Shown one piece after another: positions 26,529-32,000 of a DNA stretch of 32,000 bases. The position numbers and the translations under genes are program-made. Origin of the DNA: Pyrodictium abyssi (GTDB lineage Archaea > Thermoproteota > Thermoprotei_A > Sulfolobales > Pyrodictiaceae). The notes below the pieces were generated by a model that saw only the letters and a list, made by a program, of their open reading frames with translations, was not told the DNA's origin and made no database searches. Positions within the stretch are counted from its first letter, which is position 1. Each line of letters starts with the position of its first letter. The stretch lies in NCBI RefSeq assembly GCF_036323395.1, contig NZ_AP028907.1, positions 1,740,001 to 1,772,000 of the forward strand. Direction: 5' to 3'.

Positions 26529-27419
26529 TTGCACCGCTGGCTACAGAGGCTCAGACACTTACTGGATTACATCATATACTACAAGGACTGGCACAAGGTG
26601 GCGGCGGTTAGGCTAGGCCTGCTCCAAGAGGCCCAGGTGAGGCTAAGAGGCCACGAATACTGCCCCCTCCGACTCACCAGAGAGCTGTACCCCACGCTGA
26701 GCGCTATAACGTACCTCCTCACACACGGCGCCAGCTTCGACCCTTGCCACAAAACGCTTGTACTAGAATACCACGGCCGCAGAGCAATCTTCACAAACAT
26801 ATATATATACGACGCAGCCTATCCGAGCAACCTCTTCGTCGTATACATAGAGGGCGAGTACGCCTTCCTAGACGTAGACGACAAAACCGTTGTAGACATT
26901 GGCGCATCAGCCGGCGATACAGCCATATACTTCGCGCTAAACGGGGCCCGCAAAGTAGTGGCATTCGAGGCCAACCCCTACCTCTGCCGGATACTCAAGA
27001 AAAACATAGAGGCAAACAACCTCAGCAGCAGAGTTGAGGCAGTCTGCGCCGCCGCAGCACTACGAGCAACAGAGACTAGCACCACTTTCTGCGTGAACCG
27101 GAGGTGGAGCACCGGCTCGAGGATAGCAGGGCAGAGCGGCTGCCGTCCCGAAGAGGAGCCGATAACAGTCCCGGTAGCTAAGCCTCCTCCGGCCGACACA
27201 GCCAAGCTCGACTGTGAGGGATGTGAATATGACATAATACTCAACATGGATGAACCCATGTACGGCGAGATAGGCCTAGAATACCACGGCCCTCCACAAC
27301 CGCTAATAGAGCACCTAGAGAGTCTAGGCTACAAAGTAAGGATACTAAGAGAAAGCAATGTTAAGGGATGGCAGGAGTGGCACAAACAGGGAGTACTACA
27401 TGCAATACTTAGACGATAA
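26529..27419 (+). CDS. FkbM-family SAM-dependent methyltransferase
   Basis: TTG start; VVDIGASAGDTAIYFALNGARKVVAFEANPYLCRILKKNIEANN and KLDCEGCEYDIILNM. Confidence 0.88.
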   Translation: MHRWLQRLRHLLDYIIYYKDWHKVAAVRLGLLQEAQVRLRGHEYCPLRLTRELYPTLSAITYLLTHGASFDPCHKTLVLEYHGRRAIFTNIYIYDAAYPSNLFVVYIEGEYAFLDVDDKTVVDIGASAGDTAIYFALNGARKVVAFEANPYLCRILKKNIEANNLSSRVEAVCAAAALRATETSTTFCVNRRWSTGSRIAGQSGCRPEEEPITVPVAKPPPADTAKLDCEGCEYDIILNMDEPMYGEIGLEYHGPPQPLIEHLESLGYKVRILRESNVKGWQEWHKQGVLHAILRR

Positions 27420-27433
27420 CAACATTCTACCTG

Positions 27434-28387
27434 TCAATCAGGTTTCCTCTTTGCCATGTAATACTCCAGGGTCCTCCGGAGCCCCTTTTCGAGGCTTATC
27501 CTTGGTTGCCAGCCCAGAGCCTCCCGGGCCCTATCTATCGCTGCCCGGCTGCGCCTCACGTCCCCAGGCCTCGGGGGCAGACGGCGGGGCTCCGGGCACC
27601 GGCCCACGAGGCCACAGATGAGCTTGTAGAGCTGGTTTATGCTGGTCTCAGTACCCGTGCCTATGTTCACGGCACCCACATACCCGGTTTCTAGTGCTTT
27701 CCAGTTGGCCTCGGCCACGTCCCCTACGTAGACGAAGTCGCGGGTCTGCTCCCCATCACCGTAGATGGCCGGCGTGCCGCCCTCCAGGAGCGTTGTTATG
27801 AACTTGTGTACCACGCCAGCGTAGGGACCGCCACGCATACCAGGCCCGTAGACGTTGAAGTACCGGAGGGCTATGGGCTTGAGCCCGTAGTCCCGCTGGT
27901 AGCGCCAGAGAAGCCTCTCACCCATCAACTTCGTCTCCCCGTAGAGGTTCGCCGGCTCTAGCGGATGCTCCTCGTCTATCGGCAGGTACTTTGGCTCTCC
28001 ATACACCGCGACACTACTCGCAAACACAACCCTCTCGACGTCGAGGCGGCGAGCAAGCTCCAACACGTTCAGTGTACCCTTAACGTTTACGTCTATACCG
28101 AGCCACGGCTTCTCCATAACCTCCACAATACTCACCAAAGCAGCCAGGTGCACAATCCCAGCAATATCGCCGGGTCTCGCTATCCGGGAGACCCTCTCCC
28201 AGAACCCCCTCCAGTCCGAGACGTCAGCCTCAACCAGGACCAATCTCTCCCTAGGGATACTGGACAACCTTTCCGGAGAGCCAGCGTAGTAGTTGTCCAC
28301 CACTATTACCGTGTAACCCTGCTCAACAAGCCTCTCTACGGTGTGGCTACCGATAAACCCAGAACCACCAGTGACCAACACCAACAC
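27434..28387 (-). CDS. NAD-dependent epimerase/dehydratase (UDP-glucose 4-epimerase-like, extended SDR)
   Basis: MLVLVTGGSGFIGSHTVERLVEQGYTVIVVDN, SSVAVYGEPKYLPIDEEHPLEPANLYGETKLMGE, LRYFNVYGPG, TRDFVYVGDVAEA. Confidence 0.93.
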   Translation of the reverse strand: MLVLVTGGSGFIGSHTVERLVEQGYTVIVVDNYYAGSPERLSSIPRERLVLVEADVSDWRGFWERVSRIARPGDIAGIVHLAALVSIVEVMEKPWLGIDVNVKGTLNVLELARRLDVERVVFASSVAVYGEPKYLPIDEEHPLEPANLYGETKLMGERLLWRYQRDYGLKPIALRYFNVYGPGMRGGPYAGVVHKFITTLLEGGTPAIYGDGEQTRDFVYVGDVAEANWKALETGYVGAVNIGTGTETSINQLYKLICGLVGRCPEPRRLPPRPGDVRRSRAAIDRAREALGWQPRISLEKGLRRTLEYYMAKRKPD

Positions 28388-28651
28388 ACTTCATCATCCA
28401 CTTATTCGCCAACAGAATAGCGCCGAACAAGAGACTTACGCGGCCATGAAACAACGAACAGACTAGTTCTTACACCTTTAAATTTCATCTTTGTTTCAAA
28501 TATACCTATAACATCCGACAATTAGGTACTTTATTACTTAACTCTATTAATAGTGAGCTAACAATCATCAAACCATAGTAACTATAATATATAATATTAG
28601 GACAATATAGCGACCTATTGATGGCTAACACTAAAACACTAGTAGGCAAGA

Positions 28652-29713
28652 TTGGACAAAATGCTTCAACTTAAACTTAGAGGACTAACGGGAAGAGCCG
28701 TGAGAGTAGCTATCACAGCTTCTGGCGGCGGCCATACGGGTTACGCGATAGCAATCGCAGAACAGCTCTTAACACGGGGCATAGACGTTGTAATAATAGT
28801 AGACCCCGCCGACACCTGGAGCCTAGAAAAGATCAGACACCGCCTGGGAGACCGGGTAGAGATAGCATTCGCGCGACAACTACGAGGCGCACAGGAGAGC
28901 CTCGTAGCCCTGTTACGGCGTCTGCCTACCCGTCTCGCGGACCTTGTCAAAATCCACCAAGTACTAGCAGATACCGACATACTGATATGCACTGGCTCTA
29001 ATCATAGTCTCCTCCCAGCTCTCTATGCCCGTGCACTCGGCAAGCCAGTACTATGCATAGAAGCCGTAGACCGGATAGCGACACGCTCCAAAACCGTAGC
29101 CCTTCTCCACGACTTGGCTGCCGTCCCGGTAGCCCTCCACTGGCCAGCCCAGCGGAAACTCTACAGACGAGCAGCCGTAGTCGGCCCGATCTACGAAAAG
29201 CCTCTCTACAAACCAGCCCAGGGAGACTACATACTCGTAATAACCGGGACAGAGGGGAACCCAGCCCTAGTAAAGAAGCTGGTAAAGACAAGCCTCCAGA
29301 ACATAGTACTCCAGACCGGCAGGACAGTAGATCCACAACTTATAGCAAGACATAAACCTACGTGGAAGGTCTTCCGCTACCACCCAGACATAGCAGCGCT
29401 AATGGCTCGGGCCAAGCTGGTAGTAGCCCACCAAGGCCTCTCCCTAGTAGAAGCGGCATTAGCATATCAGAAACCTGTACTACTAGCACTCAACCCAGAT
29501 CTCCCCCGTACAAGCGGTCTTGAAGATGCAGTTCACTTGGCTCGTTACCTTAATACTAAAGCAGTAAACCCTGCTGAGCTTACACCGAGGCAACTTGAAG
29601 AAAATATATTTGCTGCAACGCAGAGAAGGCCTCCTAGATACCTGCCGGGAGCACATATACTGGCAACACATCTAACATATTTAATGAAATCAATATTAAA
29701 TAAGGAACGTTGA
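28652..29713 (+). CDS. Glycosyltransferase of the Alg14/Alg13 or MurG-like (GT28) type; likely start ATG 28661
   Basis: N-terminal TASGGGHTGYAIAIAEQL and LPALYARALGKPVLCIEAVDR are Alg14-like; C-terminal VFRYHPDIAALMARAKLVVAHQGLSLVEAALAYQKPVLLALNP is Alg13/MurG-like. Confidence 0.75.
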   Translation: MDKMLQLKLRGLTGRAVRVAITASGGGHTGYAIAIAEQLLTRGIDVVIIVDPADTWSLEKIRHRLGDRVEIAFARQLRGAQESLVALLRRLPTRLADLVKIHQVLADTDILICTGSNHSLLPALYARALGKPVLCIEAVDRIATRSKTVALLHDLAAVPVALHWPAQRKLYRRAAVVGPIYEKPLYKPAQGDYILVITGTEGNPALVKKLVKTSLQNIVLQTGRTVDPQLIARHKPTWKVFRYHPDIAALMARAKLVVAHQGLSLVEAALAYQKPVLLALNPDLPRTSGLEDAVHLARYLNTKAVNPAELTPRQLEENIFAATQRRPPRYLPGAHILATHLTYLMKSILNKER

Positions 29714-30120
29714 CGGCACAACTAGCTGAAGCCAGGTACATCACTAGGGCCAGCCGCTAGGTATCGAAAGAACTAGAGAAGTCAAAGACTAACAAATAGA
29801 GTCAATGAGCCCACAATAGAATTATAGTATTGACGACAAATCATAGAGTGCAGTCCTTTAAGTATTACAACATTGTCTAACAATCTGGCCAAAGACGCAC
29901 CTTCCTACTCGATGGTAATATCCATTGTGTTGTTCCGCTCCATAGTGTACTAGTTACTCTAGTATATCACAAGATAAGTGACGATGAGAAAACATAAAGT
30001 AATAGACATAAGACAAATACACACGCAGCAACACCACACCGTCATTCACTGCCACACAAGCCAGATATATTTCATTCATTTAAGCTAAATTAAATAATAG
30101 CACAAGGTTATTATAATGTT

Positions 30121-31209
30121 ATGGAGGTAGTTGAGATGATACAATGGGATTTATTCAATATCATGATGGACAAGTCTATTAGTGCACGATTACTCAGACT
30201 TGCACTCCTAACCAGGACATATGGACCGCATTATGTTATATTTAAACTTATTAAACGCTTTCTGACTAAGGAAAGAATTATCGGGCTTGATGAAATAGCA
30301 AATATAGTTAGGTACTATTCTGGTTTAAAAGTGGAGAAATATGGCGATAGTGAATACAGAATATATTGGCCTGAAGGTGACTACGTTACCGTAAAGAGTT
30401 ACGAAGAAGTTCTTTTAGTCGCAATTGCGCATAACTTATCCTACAAAGTCGTTGATTCTGAAAGTGCATATCTCTGTAAGAAGTTATTGAGCGAACGATG
30501 TATCGTATTCGATGAGAACTACGTTGAACATGAAGACATAAAAATCTCTAGAAGAACTATAGCTGGGTGTCCTACTTGTCTGGCAGAAACAATGATCCTT
30601 AAAACGCATGACGTTGTACGCCCCTTTGGTAAAAACGTACTAGACATCGGAGCCTGGGTAGGTGATAGTAGCCTTAGATTAGCAAAGCTAGGTGCAAGTA
30701 GAGTAGTCGCAGTAGAACCCAATCCTATGAACTATTCAGAACTTCTACACAACCTTGAGTTAAATCCTCATATAAAGGATGCGATAATTCCAGTACACGC
30801 AGCTGTAGATGAAGACGGCGAGGTAAAAATTTGCTATAATTCCGATTTTAGTGGCGGCAGTTCAATATTTCGTAATGGCAGATATTGCGATATAGTACCT
30901 TCAGTCTCATTCAAGACTCTTATAGAAAAATACGGACCATTTGATATCATTAAGCTTGATTGTAAATGATGTGAGCTTAAAGTGTTAGATGAAATCTCTA
31001 CTATTAAATATAGACCAAAAGTTATAAAATTAGAAATAGATTTAAACTCATGGGGGGCACTGATAGAAGATAACCCAGTAAGAGTCATTGAAAAACTTAA
31101 AGAAGCGGGATACAGTGTACAGACGTATCGTACATTCCCTAGTATACCATATATGAGCCTTATGCAAGTAATTGCTACACTAGAAGATGAAAACAACAAT
31201 GATATATAA
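30121..31209 (+). pseudogene. FkbM-family methyltransferase interrupted by in-frame TGA at 30967-30969
   Basis: NVLDIGAWVGDSSLRLAKLGASRVVAVEPNPMNY...FDIIKLDCK-TGA-CELKVLDEISTIKYRPKVIKLEIDLNSWGALIEDNPVRVIEKLKEAGYSVQ. Both parts share one frame and the intact paralog reads KLDCEGCE here. Confidence 0.82.
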
Positions 31210-31222
31210 AATTTATTTATAA

Positions 31223-32000
31223 TTATATGATCTTATGTAGTATCTTTTTATTATAATGTTCTATTACTTTTTGAGGCAATGGGCCAAATTTTCTCTCATC
31301 ATAAGGCTCTAGCCTGGCAATTAAGGTCTTCATGTACTTTATACCTGCCTCATAGAGATCCGATGCGCCATACTCATCTTTTGCGACTTTTTTCGCGAAT
31401 TCAAAGGCTTTTTCTACATCCTCTTGTAGTAGTCTATCAACAATTCCCTTATACTTCCACCATACATGCTTAAAGAAGAGTCTTTCTGGTTTTCTTACAT
31501 CACAGAAGTGATAACCTAGCGGTTCTCTGATATATACTACTTTATACATGTGTACTGGAGCTATAAGACTTTCGGTATTTCTTATCTCAACATATTTTAG
31601 CTTCCTAGACCATGTATATAGCCAATGCTCTACATGCATGGGATTAGGACATAAATGATATATGTCTCCACAGAACCGTATAAACGGCCAGTATACCAAG
31701 TAGTATAGTTTCCTGTCCGTTACTTCTATAATTTCTCTAATAGTTTTTACAAGCTTTTCATCGGCAACAAAATCGGCATCCCAAATTAAAATCCATCTAT
31801 ATCTTGCTTCTCTTAGACCGAGGTTACGAGCCTTAACTAGATCACCAGGTGGCAACTTATAGAACCTTATAGGGAGTCCATGCTCATTTTCAATCTTTCT
31901 ATAATATGTGGCGTATTGTCAAAAGATGAGTCTATAACGATATATTCATCAACTATTTCTTTGATAGATAATAGAGATAACTCTATCCATTCCTCTTCGT
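31223..32000 (-). pseudogene. Family 2-like glycosyltransferase, frameshifted near 31891-31896 and running off the window edge
   Basis: Frame A: EEEWIELSLLSIKEIVDEYIVIDSSFDNTPHIIERLK. Frame B: IENEHGLPIRFYKLPPGDLVKARNLGLREARYRWILIWDADFVADEKLVKTI. The junction GAAAGATTGAAAAT is consistent with loss of one A from GAAAGAATTGAAAAT. Confidence 0.75.

Noticed and set aside
26155-26616. Plus-strand 153-aa ORF
   Set aside because: Low-complexity Ser/Pro composition, overlaps the coiled-coil relic on the minus strand and the start of the FkbM gene.
30967-30969. Selenocysteine at the in-frame TGA of the FkbM gene
   Set aside because: The intact paralog has Gly and not Cys at this position, no evident SECIS hairpin was seen, and Crenarchaeota generally lack Sec machinery. 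Retained only as a check.
1-32000. CRISPR array or canonical Cas genes
   Set aside because: No regularly spaced 24-37 nt repeats and no Cas signature proteins seen by eye.

Overview
This 32 kb window looks like a GC-rich hyperthermophilic crenarchaeon, plausibly Desulfurococcales/Pyrodictiaceae. That assignment is an inference from codon usage (AGG/ATA/CTA) and protein families. Part A (~0.5-13.7 kb) is mostly compact core metabolism: Roadblock/LC7, slipin/SPFH, DUF89, a MqnA/MqnD-like protein, homocitrate/isopropylmalate synthase with a C-terminal RAM-like domain, a PhoU-like protein, a UbiA prenyltransferase, a UbiD-like decarboxylase, a K+ channel/RCK protein and an NDP-forming acyl-CoA synthetase alpha subunit. 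Part B (~14.0-19.1 kb) is a toxin-antitoxin island. It has two apparently intact vapBC-like pairs, an intact RHH antitoxin followed by a frameshifted vapC, and an orphan vapC with an in-frame TAG and a probable start-proximal frameshift. It ends with an uncharacterised 536-aa protein carrying a PD-(D/E)XK-like nuclease signature, the best candidate for something undescribed. Part C (~19.5-25.3 kb) is a minus-strand S-layer locus: a 1388-aa secreted beta-domain protein (SlaA-like) followed by a 467-aa coiled-coil protein with a C-terminal membrane anchor (SlaB-like). A perfect 9-4-9 palindrome lies upstream. Part D (~25.5-26.4 kb) is a graveyard with a PaREP1/HEPN-like remnant and a coiled-coil remnant. 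Part E (26.5-32 kb) is a surface glycan/glycosylation cluster that becomes AT-rich: two FkbM methyltransferases (one with a TGA inside the catalytic-region motif), a NAD-dependent epimerase, an Alg14/Alg13- or MurG-like glycosyltransferase and a frameshifted GT2. I found no CRISPR array, rRNA or convincing tRNA.
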